Of a stretch of DNA of 64,000 nt, positions 1 to 9,705 are shown piece after piece. The notes below the pieces were generated by a model that saw only the letters and a list, made by a program, of their open reading frames with translations, was not told the origin of the DNA and did not search any database. Source of the DNA: Cyanobacteria bacterium auto_48_18 (GTDB lineage: Bacteria > Cyanobacteriota > Vampirovibrionia > Obscuribacterales > Obscuribacteraceae). Numbering within the stretch: position 1 is the stretch's first letter; each line of letters opens with the position of its first letter. The position numbers were made by a program, and so were the translations under genes. The stretch lies in NCBI GenBank assembly GCA_036170915.1, contig JAVHQC010000020.1, positions 64,001 through 128,000 of the forward strand, given 5' to 3'.

Positions 1-2
1 AT

Positions 3-317
3 CATGATAAATGTATACAGTGCAATCTTTGTTATATCGCCTGTAATGACGCTGCACACCAGTGTATCGATCTTAAGGAACTGAAGATTACTGATGAGGC
101 AAAAGAAAGACTCTGGCCGGTTGTGCGTGAAGAAGATTGCGTTGGTTGTGACCTTTGTTCACGTGTTTGTCCGGTGGACGATTGCATCACAATGGTGGAG
201 ATCGACACTGGTAGGCCTCATATCACCTGGAATGAGCTGGTTAAGTCAAAACCTGAAGTTCTTGAGTGGGAAGAAATGGAAACCTACCGTGAGACAGCGA
301 ACATCCACATACACTAA
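3..317 (+). CDS. preA: NAD-dependent dihydropyrimidine dehydrogenase subunit PreA, C-terminal 2x[4Fe-4S] part (5' truncated by window edge)
   Basis: Frame from nt 3 reads HDKCIQCNLCYIACNDAAHQCI...EEDCVGCDLCSRVCPVDDCITM: two ferredoxin CxxCxxCxxxC motifs in the context typical of the PreA C-terminus. Confidence 0.8.
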   Translation, partial: HDKCIQCNLCYIACNDAAHQCIDLKELKITDEAKERLWPVVREEDCVGCDLCSRVCPVDDCITMVEIDTGRPHITWNELVKSKPEVLEWEEMETYRETANIHIH

Positions 318-326
318 TATGTAAGG

Positions 327-1703
327 ATGATTTCTCAACCGATCAGTTACTTAACTGTTGCCGCTAGAGCAATGACCTGGGCCAATATTGCCATACTGAG
401 TTTTGTGAAAAGGACTCAACCATGCAATATATTCCTCTTATGCTCGGCATTATTGACTATTTCGGTTCTCGATATATCTGCTGCGGCTGGCTCCGGTGCC
501 TGCGCGGCCGCTGAAACTGAGAAATATGGTGGTCAAAAATATAACGGTCAGAAGTATGTTGAAAAAGCAGCCCGTGGTTGCGCACCGTTGAGGCTCGGTG
601 TTGGCTCCTCGTCACAGATGAGGAGCGAGCGCTTAGCTGGACCGGACACCATAGTGAGTGATACTGCCACAGTGGGCGGCGGAGACAGCGTGGTGGGTGC
701 AGACGGCGTGCGCATAGAAATAAGTTCAATAAAACCAACCCAACCAAATAAAGAAGCTAAACCAATCAAAGAAACTCAAGAGAGCAAAGAGAGTGTTGTG
801 GCTAAAGAGCTGCCCGGTCTGTATTTTGCCTGTGAACGTAAGTTAGCACTGAAGGGCAAACGTATTAGTGCCTCAGACTGGTTGGGCAGAACCAGCAAAG
901 ATTTATCCTACGGTGACCGTGGTGCTGCCAACGACACTTTGTACAGCGAAGAAGAGCTCTTCAAGAGATTGAGTGCAGAGATGGAAAGTTCGGGGCGGCC
1001 GCTCACTATTTTTGTACACGGATGCTGTGTCAGTTTCAACGAAAACCTGATTCAGGCCAATGATATTCATCAAGCTCTGCAAGCGCAGGGGCTTAACGGC
1101 CCGCTTTTGGCTTATGACTGGGCCACCCCGAATTATAACTACGCCGGTTCGCTCGCGCGTCTGCCTGGGTGCCGCACCAATTTCACAGCCTTTCTTCAAC
1201 GTCTGGTGAGCAAAATCGGTCGGGATAAGATTGTGATCGTGGCTCACAGCTTAGGCATTCACGCCCTACAAGAATATTGCCAGCATACGCTTAAACAAGA
1301 AACAGCGTCGCCCCAGCAGATGTTTTCGGCTGTGGTGCTCTGCCGACCTGACGTTGACGTCAGTTCTTTCAAGCATTCACAAGAAGCAATTAAAATGTAT
1401 TCGGGCAAATTGATGTTGCTTTGTGCCACCAACGATATCAATCTCAAGCTCTCTTCTTTTATTCGCAGAGCAGGCTACAATTTTGGTGACGATCCCAAAC
1501 CGCGTCAGGGTAACCATTTGCGCCTGGGTCAGGCCAGTGTAGCTGGTCCGCTGGCAGCCAATCTGGCGGTTTACGATATCAGCAAATTGAAGCTCAAGCA
1601 TTTGATTCCTTATAAGCTCATTGCCAGCTTGCTCACAGGCGAATGCTCTGACTTTACTATTGAGAAGGCCGAAAGCGGTGTCCTCAATGTCAAGAGTCGA
1701 TAA
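327..1703 (+). CDS. Alpha/beta hydrolase, DUF900-like, probably exported; start uncertain
   Basis: IFVHG motif, AYDW, nucleophile elbow VAHSLG, late RLG motif; hydrophobic N-terminal segment followed by low-complexity linker. Confidence 0.65.
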   Translation: MISQPISYLTVAARAMTWANIAILSFVKRTQPCNIFLLCSALLTISVLDISAAAGSGACAAAETEKYGGQKYNGQKYVEKAARGCAPLRLGVGSSSQMRSERLAGPDTIVSDTATVGGGDSVVGADGVRIEISSIKPTQPNKEAKPIKETQESKESVVAKELPGLYFACERKLALKGKRISASDWLGRTSKDLSYGDRGAANDTLYSEEELFKRLSAEMESSGRPLTIFVHGCCVSFNENLIQANDIHQALQAQGLNGPLLAYDWATPNYNYAGSLARLPGCRTNFTAFLQRLVSKIGRDKIVIVAHSLGIHALQEYCQHTLKQETASPQQMFSAVVLCRPDVDVSSFKHSQEAIKMYSGKLMLLCATNDINLKLSSFIRRAGYNFGDDPKPRQGNHLRLGQASVAGPLAANLAVYDISKLKLKHLIPYKLIASLLTGECSDFTIEKAESGVLNVKSR

Positions 1704-1791
1704 CTGACAACTTCAGCTATAATTTCTATAAGCTCCGCAGTTGTTAGTACGGCAATTTTTGCACCGTGGCACTGGCGAGCGCGGAGTCTTG

Positions 1792-3225
1792 ATGGATGCA
1801 AAATTAGAAAAACAAATTTCATCGTCTCCTCCTCCTCCAGAACTGGCTAATTTGCCCCAGCGCAAGAGCCGCAAACAGCTCTGGGTGGGAATTGTTTTGG
1901 TTTTGGCCCTGGGCGGCTATGTTCTGAAAGACAAACTGGTGTTGCCGCAACAGCAACCGCAAGGTCTATCACAGTCTCTAGCGCAAGCAGATAGTGCAAA
2001 ACTGGCTAAGCGTGCAAACACGCAAGCAGTGCTTACCGTGCAGTTAACACCTGTGAAAAGGCGATCGTTTGAAAGGCAACTTCTGGTCAGCGGCACTGTC
2101 TGGGCCTGGGACCCGGTGCAGGTCGGCTCTGAAGTCAACGGTTTAAAAGTGCAATCGGTGCTGGTAGATGATGGTGCTCATGTGGTGCGCGGGCAGACGC
2201 TGGCTAAGTTAAACAGCAGCATTATCGAAGCGCAGTTAGCCAAAAAGAGGGCAAATTTAGCCGGAGCTCAGGCAGCTTTAAGAAAAGCGATTCAACCAAA
2301 TCGTCCCGAAGATTTGACTTCACTCAAATATGCATATCATCAAGCCCAGGCCAATGTGGCACAGGAAGAAGCCTATTTAGCGAGAGCGCAGGCTAACCAT
2401 GCTGAAGCCGATGCTAATGCTAAACGTTATAGCTGGCTTGTCAGTCAGGGTGCAGTCAGTGCGCAAGACGCCGACAACCGCAACACTCAGGCAAAAGTAT
2501 TTCAAGCTGAAGTGAACAATGGTGAGCAAAAAGTGAAAGCGGCTAAACTTGCTGCCGAGCAGGCTCACGACCGTTTGACCATGGGTAATTCTGGTGGTCG
2601 AGTAGAAGATGTTGCCATTTCAAAAGCGCAGTTGGCCGAAATTAATGCCGGCATCGCTGAGCTGCAATCACAATTGGCACAGACCTCGATTCAGTCTCCC
2701 TGTGATGGTGTCGTTCTCAAACGCAGTGTACACATCGGCGATATTTCCAGTATCAATAAAGTCATGTTTGACCTGGTACGTGATGGTCGCCTTGAGATGC
2801 GAGCCAATTTGCCTGAAGCTGATATTGCTCTGGTTAAAGCCGGGCAGCTGGTGCGAATTGGTGACGTTGAAGCGAAAGTGAGAGAAATCAGCCCCATGAT
2901 CGACCAAGAAAGCAGGCTTGGCATGGTGCGCATCGACTTGCCTAAAACTACGCACTTGCGTCCAGGCAATTTTGTCAAGGGAGAAATTGGTCTTGGTCAG
3001 CAAACGGCACTGGCTGTGCCTTCCAGCGCGGTTGTTTTTAAGGATAATCGAGCGGTAGTTTACACTGTGGGCAACGACCAGAAAGCGCATATGCATTTTG
3101 TGGAAGTGGGTGCGCGTGATGGTGACTTCATCGAACTGCGTTCAGGATTAAAACCTGGTGACCAAATTGTCGCTAAGGGAGCCGGTTTTATCAAAGACGG
3201 TGACGTGGTCAATATTTCGGATTAG
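1792..3225 (+). CDS. RND efflux periplasmic adaptor (membrane fusion protein)
   Basis: N-terminal TM, lipoyl halves (VDDGAHVVRGQTLA, IQSPCDGVV), long coiled coil, GLKPGDQIV end; directly upstream of RND permease. ATG 1792 preferred over TTG 1741. Confidence 0.9.
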   Translation: MDAKLEKQISSSPPPPELANLPQRKSRKQLWVGIVLVLALGGYVLKDKLVLPQQQPQGLSQSLAQADSAKLAKRANTQAVLTVQLTPVKRRSFERQLLVSGTVWAWDPVQVGSEVNGLKVQSVLVDDGAHVVRGQTLAKLNSSIIEAQLAKKRANLAGAQAALRKAIQPNRPEDLTSLKYAYHQAQANVAQEEAYLARAQANHAEADANAKRYSWLVSQGAVSAQDADNRNTQAKVFQAEVNNGEQKVKAAKLAAEQAHDRLTMGNSGGRVEDVAISKAQLAEINAGIAELQSQLAQTSIQSPCDGVVLKRSVHIGDISSINKVMFDLVRDGRLEMRANLPEADIALVKAGQLVRIGDVEAKVREISPMIDQESRLGMVRIDLPKTTHLRPGNFVKGEIGLGQQTALAVPSSAVVFKDNRAVVYTVGNDQKAHMHFVEVGARDGDFIELRSGLKPGDQIVAKGAGFIKDGDVVNISD

Positions 3226-3233
3226 AGCAATTT

Positions 3234-6200
3234 ATGAGTTGGAATCTTTCCACATGGTCGATTAAAAACCCGGTTCCTGTAATCGTGCTTTTTTTAGTTT
3301 TGACTTTGATGGGGGCGATTTCTTTTGTCAAGCTAGGTATCGACGAAAGCCCCAATATCGACGTTCCTGTGGTCACTGTGTCAGTGTCTCAGTTGGGTGC
3401 CGCTCCCGCCGAGCTGGAAACACAAGTGACCCGAAAAATAGAAGACGCCATCGCTGGTATCGGCAATATTAAACACATTGCCTCCAGTATTACCGACGGT
3501 GCCTCGTCTACTTCAATTGAATTCAATCTCGGCACCAATACAGATAGAGCCGTCAACGACGTGCGCGACGCCATCTCCAAAATTCGCCAGGATATGCCGC
3601 AGGGTATTGAAGAGCCGATTATTCAAAGGCTCGATTTTGTCGGTGGGCCATTCGTTACTTACACAATCGACTCTAAAGTCTTGCCCCCGGCTGAACTTTC
3701 CTGGGTGGTAGACAATGATGTGGCCCGCGCTTTACTTTCCGTACCAGGTGTAGGCCAGGTGCAGCGAGCTGGTGGTGTGGATAGAGAAATCAGAATCAAT
3801 CTAGACCCCACCAGACTGGAAGCGCTTGGTATTACAGCTGATACCGTGAGCAATCAAATTCGCCAGCTCAATATTAACTTACCAGGTGGGCGTGGTCAGG
3901 TGGGAGAAGGTGAGCAGTCTATCCGTTTGCTGGGCAGCGCGTTGACCGTAGAGCAACTGGCAAAGACCGACATTACTTTGCCCAGCGGCAGAAGAGCGCG
4001 CCTTGACACCCTGGGAAAAGTGCAGGACAGCACATCTGAAGTCAGACAAATGGCACTGCTCAATAACGAGCCCGTAGTGGCATTTTCTGTGGTGCGCAGC
4101 ACCGGATCTAATCTGGTAGATGTAGAGCGGGGTGTGGATGCCAAAATTAAAGAGCTGAGCGAAACACTTCCTGGCTCTTTGAAGGTGGTTAAGTTGCGCA
4201 GCAACGGCCGCTATATCAAAGATTCTTACGACGCCTCACTGGAGTCTCTTATTTTCGGTGCCCTTCTGGCAGTGTTTGTAGTCTGGATATTTTTAAAAGA
4301 TTGGCGGGCCACGGCTATCACCGCCATTGCTATTCCACTATCAGTGATACCAACATTTGCCGTCATGCAATGGGCCGGCTTCACGCTAAATGGCATGTCT
4401 TTGCTTGGTCTTGCTCTGGTCATTGGTATTCTGGTTGATGATGCCATTGTGGAAATCGAAAACATAGTCAGGCACATTCGCATGGGTAAGCCTGCTTATC
4501 AGGCCTCTATTGAAGCGGCTGAAGAAATCGGCCTGGCTGTGATTGCCACCACTTTAACAATTGTGGTGGTATTTGTACCGGTAGCTTCCATGGGCGGCAT
4601 TCCCGGCCAGTTTTTCAAACAGTTTGGCCTCACCGTCACAGTGGCTGTGCTGTTTTCGTTACTGGTGGCACGCATGATTACACCCATGATTGCAGCCTAT
4701 GGAATGCGCGCAACCGAAGAACAAGTAGACAAGCGCTCGTTTATGAAGTACTACGGCCCGATTCTAAATTTGGCCATGAAACACCGGTTAACAGCTGTAA
4801 TCTGCGCTTTTGTACTTTTTGGTGCTTCCATTGCCTTATTCAAATCAATGCCCACGTCGCTTATGGCCAATGTCGACCGGGGCGAAGTGTTGCTTACTAT
4901 TGAAATGCCCCCTGGCTCTGATATCGACGATACAAGGTCTGTAGCAGAGAAATGCAGCGCCATTATCAAGAAGCATCCTGAAGCGGTCAATGTGGTGAGC
5001 TTTGTGGGCACGCCAACTTCAGCCAAGCGCACATCCGGCGGCAATCAGGGTGATGTGACTAAAGCCACGATTTATATTTCACTCAAACCGCGCAATGAAA
5101 GACATTTGAGCCAACAAGAGTTTGAAGAGAATGTGAGAGCCGAACTTGATGTTATAGCCGGCGCGCGTCTGAGCTTCTCGCGCTCGGGGGGCATGGGCGG
5201 CAAGCCACTGCGCATGGTGCTCACGTCATCTGACTCTAATCAACTTGAGCGCGTTGCCGAAGAAATTAAAGACCAGATGCGTTCCATCAAGGGTCTTTAT
5301 GATGTCAGTTCATCAGCGGGCATTTTGCGACCAGAAATTTTAGTCACCCCTGATTTTGATAAAGCTGCCAGGCAGGGCGTTTCGGTGCAGTCTATTGCAC
5401 GCACCGCATTGATTGGCACTTTAGGTGATAGCGAAGCTAATCTGGCTAAATTCAATCTCGATGATCGTCAGGTCAATATCAGAGTGCAATTAGATCCGCA
5501 GTATCGCAATGATTTGCGTATCATTGAAGACATGAAAGTGGCGGCTAACGGCGGCCGGTTGGTGCCGCTCAGTAGCGTCGCTTCAGTCAAGTTTGGCAGC
5601 GGACCATTTCAGATTGATAGATTCGACCGCCAAAGACAAGTAACGCTTGAATCTGGCCTAGAAAGCAGTATCCCACTGGGCGATGCTATTAAAAAAGTGC
5701 ATGAATTGCCGGCTTTTAAATCCATGCCTCCTACCATATCTGAGTTGCCACTGGGCGACGCTGAAATTCAAAGAGATATCTTTAGCGGCTTTGCCACCGC
5801 CATTGGTTCGGCTGTTTTACTGATTTACGCTGTGCTTGTGGTGCTGTTTGGTGGCTTCCTCCACCCATTGACGATTATGATGTCGTTGCCCCTTTCGCTT
5901 TGCGGAGCCTTGATTGGACTTGTGCTCTTTCATCAGTCAGTGGGACTTTACGCTCTCATCGGTATCACCATGCTTATGGGTCTGGTGACCAAAAATGCCA
6001 TCTTACTTGTGGAATATGGATTGATGTCGATGAAGCAAGGTGTGCCGCAAAGAGAAGCAATTATCTTGGCAGGTGAAACTCGTATGCAGCCTATTTTGAT
6101 GACCACAATTGCCATGATTGCCGGCATGATGCCTGTGGCTCTTGGAATTGGTGCAGGCTCTGAGGCACGTGCCCCCATGGCTATATCAGTGATTGGTGGA

Positions 6201-6368
6201 CTTGTCACCTCGACTATGTTTACATTGATTGTGATTCCTGTAGTCTTCACCTATGTCGATGATTTTCAACAGTGGCTCAAACGCACCGCTTTTCGTTTCG
6301 TTTCCAGTGGTGCCAATGAAAAAGATAGTATGCGCGCCCAAATTGATAGTGCGCTCAAAGAGCCGTAG
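3234..6368 (+). CDS. RND efflux permease, AcrB/AcrD/AcrF family
   Basis: 1044 aa, [10 protein letters not shown] start, [13 protein letters not shown] proton-relay motif, KNAILLVE and RMQPILMTT motifs. Confidence 0.95.
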   Translation: MSWNLSTWSIKNPVPVIVLFLVLTLMGAISFVKLGIDESPNIDVPVVTVSVSQLGAAPAELETQVTRKIEDAIAGIGNIKHIASSITDGASSTSIEFNLGTNTDRAVNDVRDAISKIRQDMPQGIEEPIIQRLDFVGGPFVTYTIDSKVLPPAELSWVVDNDVARALLSVPGVGQVQRAGGVDREIRINLDPTRLEALGITADTVSNQIRQLNINLPGGRGQVGEGEQSIRLLGSALTVEQLAKTDITLPSGRRARLDTLGKVQDSTSEVRQMALLNNEPVVAFSVVRSTGSNLVDVERGVDAKIKELSETLPGSLKVVKLRSNGRYIKDSYDASLESLIFGALLAVFVVWIFLKDWRATAITAIAIPLSVIPTFAVMQWAGFTLNGMSLLGLALVIGILVDDAIVEIENIVRHIRMGKPAYQASIEAAEEIGLAVIATTLTIVVVFVPVASMGGIPGQFFKQFGLTVTVAVLFSLLVARMITPMIAAYGMRATEEQVDKRSFMKYYGPILNLAMKHRLTAVICAFVLFGASIALFKSMPTSLMANVDRGEVLLTIEMPPGSDIDDTRSVAEKCSAIIKKHPEAVNVVSFVGTPTSAKRTSGGNQGDVTKATIYISLKPRNERHLSQQEFEENVRAELDVIAGARLSFSRSGGMGGKPLRMVLTSSDSNQLERVAEEIKDQMRSIKGLYDVSSSAGILRPEILVTPDFDKAARQGVSVQSIARTALIGTLGDSEANLAKFNLDDRQVNIRVQLDPQYRNDLRIIEDMKVAANGGRLVPLSSVASVKFGSGPFQIDRFDRQRQVTLESGLESSIPLGDAIKKVHELPAFKSMPPTISELPLGDAEIQRDIFSGFATAIGSAVLLIYAVLVVLFGGFLHPLTIMMSLPLSLCGALIGLVLFHQSVGLYALIGITMLMGLVTKNAILLVEYGLMSMKQGVPQREAIILAGETRMQPILMTTIAMIAGMMPVALGIGAGSEARAPMAISVIGGLVTSTMFTLIVIPVVFTYVDDFQQWLKRTAFRFVSSGANEKDSMRAQIDSALKEP

Positions 6369-6411
6369 CAAAGAATAATGCACAACTAATTAATCTAATT
6401 CTACTGGTGGG

Positions 6412-7557
6412 GTGATGCTGGCAACCTGGTTTTATCGCAATTTCATCGCTCATTTACTTTTTTTGCTTGACCCGGAAGAAGCGCACGACTTTGTCTTGCA
6501 TCTGGTGCCGGCTTCCGCCGGTATGCTAAAAGTCGGCCGGGAAGCTATTTTTAGCGATGAAGTTTTGAAGGCATGGCCGCGTCTGCAAACAATTATTGCC
6601 GGCTCTAAATTGGCTAATCCGGTGGGAGTGGCAGCTGGTGTTGATAAGAATGCCAAGTATGTTTCATCGTTTCACGAATTTGACTTTGGCTTTATGGAAA
6701 TAGGTTCAGTCACAGCAGACCTGTCAGCGGGTAATGCCAGGCCGAGATTGTTTCGCCTGCCTCAAGATCAGGCAGTGATTAACCGTATGGGCTTAAACGG
6801 AGATGGAGCGAAGAAAATTGCCGCGCGCCTGAATCAGACCCACCAGTCGGGAATGATTCAATTTCCGGTGGCTCTCAATATTGCTAAAAGTAATCTTCCA
6901 GGCTTGCATGGTCAGGCTGCAGTGGCCGACCTGCTTGCATCTTTTGAGCAATTTCAAAATAGCAATTTGCTTTACGTCACTATCAATACCAGTTGTCCCA
7001 ATACCCATGATGGTGCACTAAATGAAGCGTCTGAACTGAAGCTAATTTTACAAGCGATCACAGCGGTTAATAGCAGCCGGTTTCCGCTCTTTCTCAAGCT
7101 TTCACCTGATAGCACTGACGAATTTATGCAGCTGGTGGTGAACTTAAGTAGAGAGTTCGCTGTGGCCGGTTTTGTTTGCGGCAATACTTCTGTGAGCCGC
7201 GCAGGTCTAAGCACTGATGCTACTATTGTGGCCAGATGTGGCATGGGTGGTTTAAGTGGGCCACCGATTAGAGAGCGCATGCTCATTCAGGTGAGTAAAG
7301 TTTATGCCCTTAAAAGCGCAGATCAGCAAATCATCGCCTGTGGTGGCATATCTAGTGCTGTCGATGTGGTGGCCGCCATTGCGGGTGGTGCCTCTGCTGT
7401 GCAGCTTTATACTGCTCTTGTATATCATGGCCCATTTTTAATTATGGAAATGCTTGCCCAACTGGCCCTGGCGTTAGAAAAAGAACAAACATCTGTAGCA
7501 GAACTGGTGGGCAATAGCGCCCTTGGGCAGAGATTAATTGCTCAGCTGACGAAATAG
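6412..7557 (+). CDS. pyrD: Quinone-dependent (class 2) dihydroorotate dehydrogenase
   Basis: N-terminal DPEEAH helix, NPVGVAAGVDKN, GNARPRLFRL..D.AVINRMG.N, LKLSPD, GGLSGPP, AVQLYTALVY. Confidence 0.9.
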   Translation: MMLATWFYRNFIAHLLFLLDPEEAHDFVLHLVPASAGMLKVGREAIFSDEVLKAWPRLQTIIAGSKLANPVGVAAGVDKNAKYVSSFHEFDFGFMEIGSVTADLSAGNARPRLFRLPQDQAVINRMGLNGDGAKKIAARLNQTHQSGMIQFPVALNIAKSNLPGLHGQAAVADLLASFEQFQNSNLLYVTINTSCPNTHDGALNEASELKLILQAITAVNSSRFPLFLKLSPDSTDEFMQLVVNLSREFAVAGFVCGNTSVSRAGLSTDATIVARCGMGGLSGPPIRERMLIQVSKVYALKSADQQIIACGGISSAVDVVAAIAGGASAVQLYTALVYHGPFLIMEMLAQLALALEKEQTSVAELVGNSALGQRLIAQLTK

Positions 7558-7606
7558 CTTTTGAAGAAAACAATGGTTTTCAGTATTTTTAAATCAGGAG
7601 AAACAA

Positions 7607-8671
7607 ATGAGTGAGACCGGCATAAAGACCAAGGCATACGCCGCTGCATCGGCAGGGAGCGAGTTGGTACCATTTGAAATTAACCGCCGCCAACCCGGAC
7701 CACAAGACGTTCTCATAAAAATCAAGTTCTGCGGCATTTGTCACTCTGATGTTCATCAAGCAAAAGATGAGTGGGGCGGCTCGATTTTCCCCATGGTGCC
7801 CGGACACGAAATAGCAGGCATTGTTGAAAGAGTCGGCGAGCAAGTGACCAAGTTCAAGCCTGGTGACCGTGTAGGTGTAGGCTGTATGGTCGACTCGTGT
7901 AAAACATGCGAATCATGCAACGAAGGGCTAGAGCAATATTGTGAAAAAGGCAATATTCAAACATATAACGCCCTGGCCCTTGACGGTAAAACACCCAACC
8001 TTGGTGGCTATTCAGAGCAAATAACAGTATTGGAGCGCTTTGTAGTTAAGATTCCCGATAGCATTCCGCTCGACAAAGCGGCACCTCTCTTGTGCGCAGG
8101 AATTACGACATACTCACCGCTGAAGCACTGGAAGGCAGGTCCAGGTAAGAACGTGGCTGTTGTCGGCCTGGGCGGATTAGGGCACGTTGCCGTCAAAATC
8201 GCTCATGCCATGGGTGCAAAAGTGACCGTTATAAGCCGCAGCCTCGGTAAGAAAGCAGACGCTGAATTAATGGGGGCAACTGGCTATATAGCTACAAGCG
8301 ATCAAGCTTCAGTTGAGCAAGCAAGTAATAGTTTTGACTTAATCATTAACACCGTCTCGTCGGCAGCAGACATGAATACTTATCTAAACATGTTAAAGCG
8401 CGACGGAGTGATGGTGCTGGTTGGCGCACCGGCTGATCTTCTTCCTGTGCATCCCTTTAGCATAATTCCGAAACGTAAATCGCTTGCCGGATCCACCATC
8501 GGCGGCATCCCTGAAACTCAGGAAATGCTTGATTTTTGTGGACAACATAACCTTGTTGCTGATATAGAAGTGATACCAATCCAACAGGTGAACGAAGCGT
8601 ATGAGCGGCTGCTGAAGAGCGATGTACGTTATCGCTTTGTCATCGACATCGCTTCATTGAGCCTTGCTTAG
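7607..8671 (+). CDS. Zn-dependent NAD(P)H alcohol/aldehyde dehydrogenase, cinnamyl-ADH family
   Basis: CGICHSD, PGHE, structural Zn CxxCxxC..C, APLLCAGITTYSPL, GLGGLG, DVRYRFVID; AGGAG RBS upstream. Confidence 0.93.
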   Translation: MSETGIKTKAYAAASAGSELVPFEINRRQPGPQDVLIKIKFCGICHSDVHQAKDEWGGSIFPMVPGHEIAGIVERVGEQVTKFKPGDRVGVGCMVDSCKTCESCNEGLEQYCEKGNIQTYNALALDGKTPNLGGYSEQITVLERFVVKIPDSIPLDKAAPLLCAGITTYSPLKHWKAGPGKNVAVVGLGGLGHVAVKIAHAMGAKVTVISRSLGKKADAELMGATGYIATSDQASVEQASNSFDLIINTVSSAADMNTYLNMLKRDGVMVLVGAPADLLPVHPFSIIPKRKSLAGSTIGGIPETQEMLDFCGQHNLVADIEVIPIQQVNEAYERLLKSDVRYRFVIDIASLSLA

Positions 8672-8685
8672 TCGTTGAGTCTTGC

Positions 8686-9705
8686 TTAGTGGTTGAGTGG
8701 CGCATCCAAATTCTTTTTATAGAATTCTTCAGCCAATAATATGGTTAAAGTGGCCACCGGCACGGCAATCAGGGCGCCGCTTAAACCAAGTAAGCTACCG
8801 CCGGTTATCACTGCCAGCATTACCACAAGCGGGTGCAAGTCAACTTGTTTGCCGAGCAGGGTCGGTACAATAAAATTGCTTTCCAGAGTCTGCTCCACTG
8901 CAAACAAACCAACAGTGGCCCAGCCCATCCATGGTGCTTGTATGAAGCTAATGACGATAGCGAAAACAGCAGTGATCATGGTGCCCACAAATGGCACCAA
9001 ATTTAGCAGACCTGCCAGTACTCCCAAAATCAATGCTTTATCGTTGCCAATCAGAGCGAGGCCAACCCCGATGAAAGTGCCCACCGCCAGGCTGACCATC
9101 ATCTGCCCGCGTACATAGCCCCCCAAACGAATTTCAATGGGCTTAATTAAGCCGGCCCAGCGTTCTCTGTGTGGGGAGGGAATCCAACTAAGCAATGCCG
9201 AATTGATTTCTTTGGCGGCTACTACAAAATAACCGGTAAGAAATAAGATAAATAAGGCATTGATTAATGAACCAAAAACCGAACCCGTGACTTTCAGGAG
9301 TTTACTCAGGGTGCTCATGCTCAACTGCTTAACGTCAGCTGCGGCAATATTGGTGTGAGTAAGATCAGGGCCGCCCATGTCGCTGATTTGGTGGGCCTTG
9401 TCGAGGGCCCAGTCTACATAGCGTGGTGTACTGTCATACAAGCCCCGGGCTTGCTCTTTCAAGACCGGCATAATACCTGCGCCTACGCCTATGTAGAGCG
9501 CCGCCACGAAAACATATATCGCCAGTACTGTGGCAATCCTTGGTATTTTCTTTTTCTCCCAAAGTTCTGCCACTGGTGAAAGCGCTGCTGCCAGAGTTAA
9601 TGCCGCTATCAGGCAAATAATCAAAGCTTGCAGCTGAACAGCAACATAAATGGCGAGACCTGCCAGCACTAAATATAGTACCAACCGCGCGCTATCGTCT
9701 TTCAT
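8686..9705 (-). CDS. AI-2E family (PerM/UPF0118) transporter
   Basis: LGGYVRGQ, GLLNLVPFVG, QTLESNFIVP.LLGKQVDLHPL, GALIAVP motifs; ATG 9705 (MKDDSARL) chosen to minimise overlap with the upstream gene. Confidence 0.88.
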   Translation of the reverse strand: MKDDSARLVLYLVLAGLAIYVAVQLQALIICLIAALTLAAALSPVAELWEKKKIPRIATVLAIYVFVAALYIGVGAGIMPVLKEQARGLYDSTPRYVDWALDKAHQISDMGGPDLTHTNIAAADVKQLSMSTLSKLLKVTGSVFGSLINALFILFLTGYFVVAAKEINSALLSWIPSPHRERWAGLIKPIEIRLGGYVRGQMMVSLAVGTFIGVGLALIGNDKALILGVLAGLLNLVPFVGTMITAVFAIVISFIQAPWMGWATVGLFAVEQTLESNFIVPTLLGKQVDLHPLVVMLAVITGGSLLGLSGALIAVPVATLTILLAEEFYKKNLDAPLNH

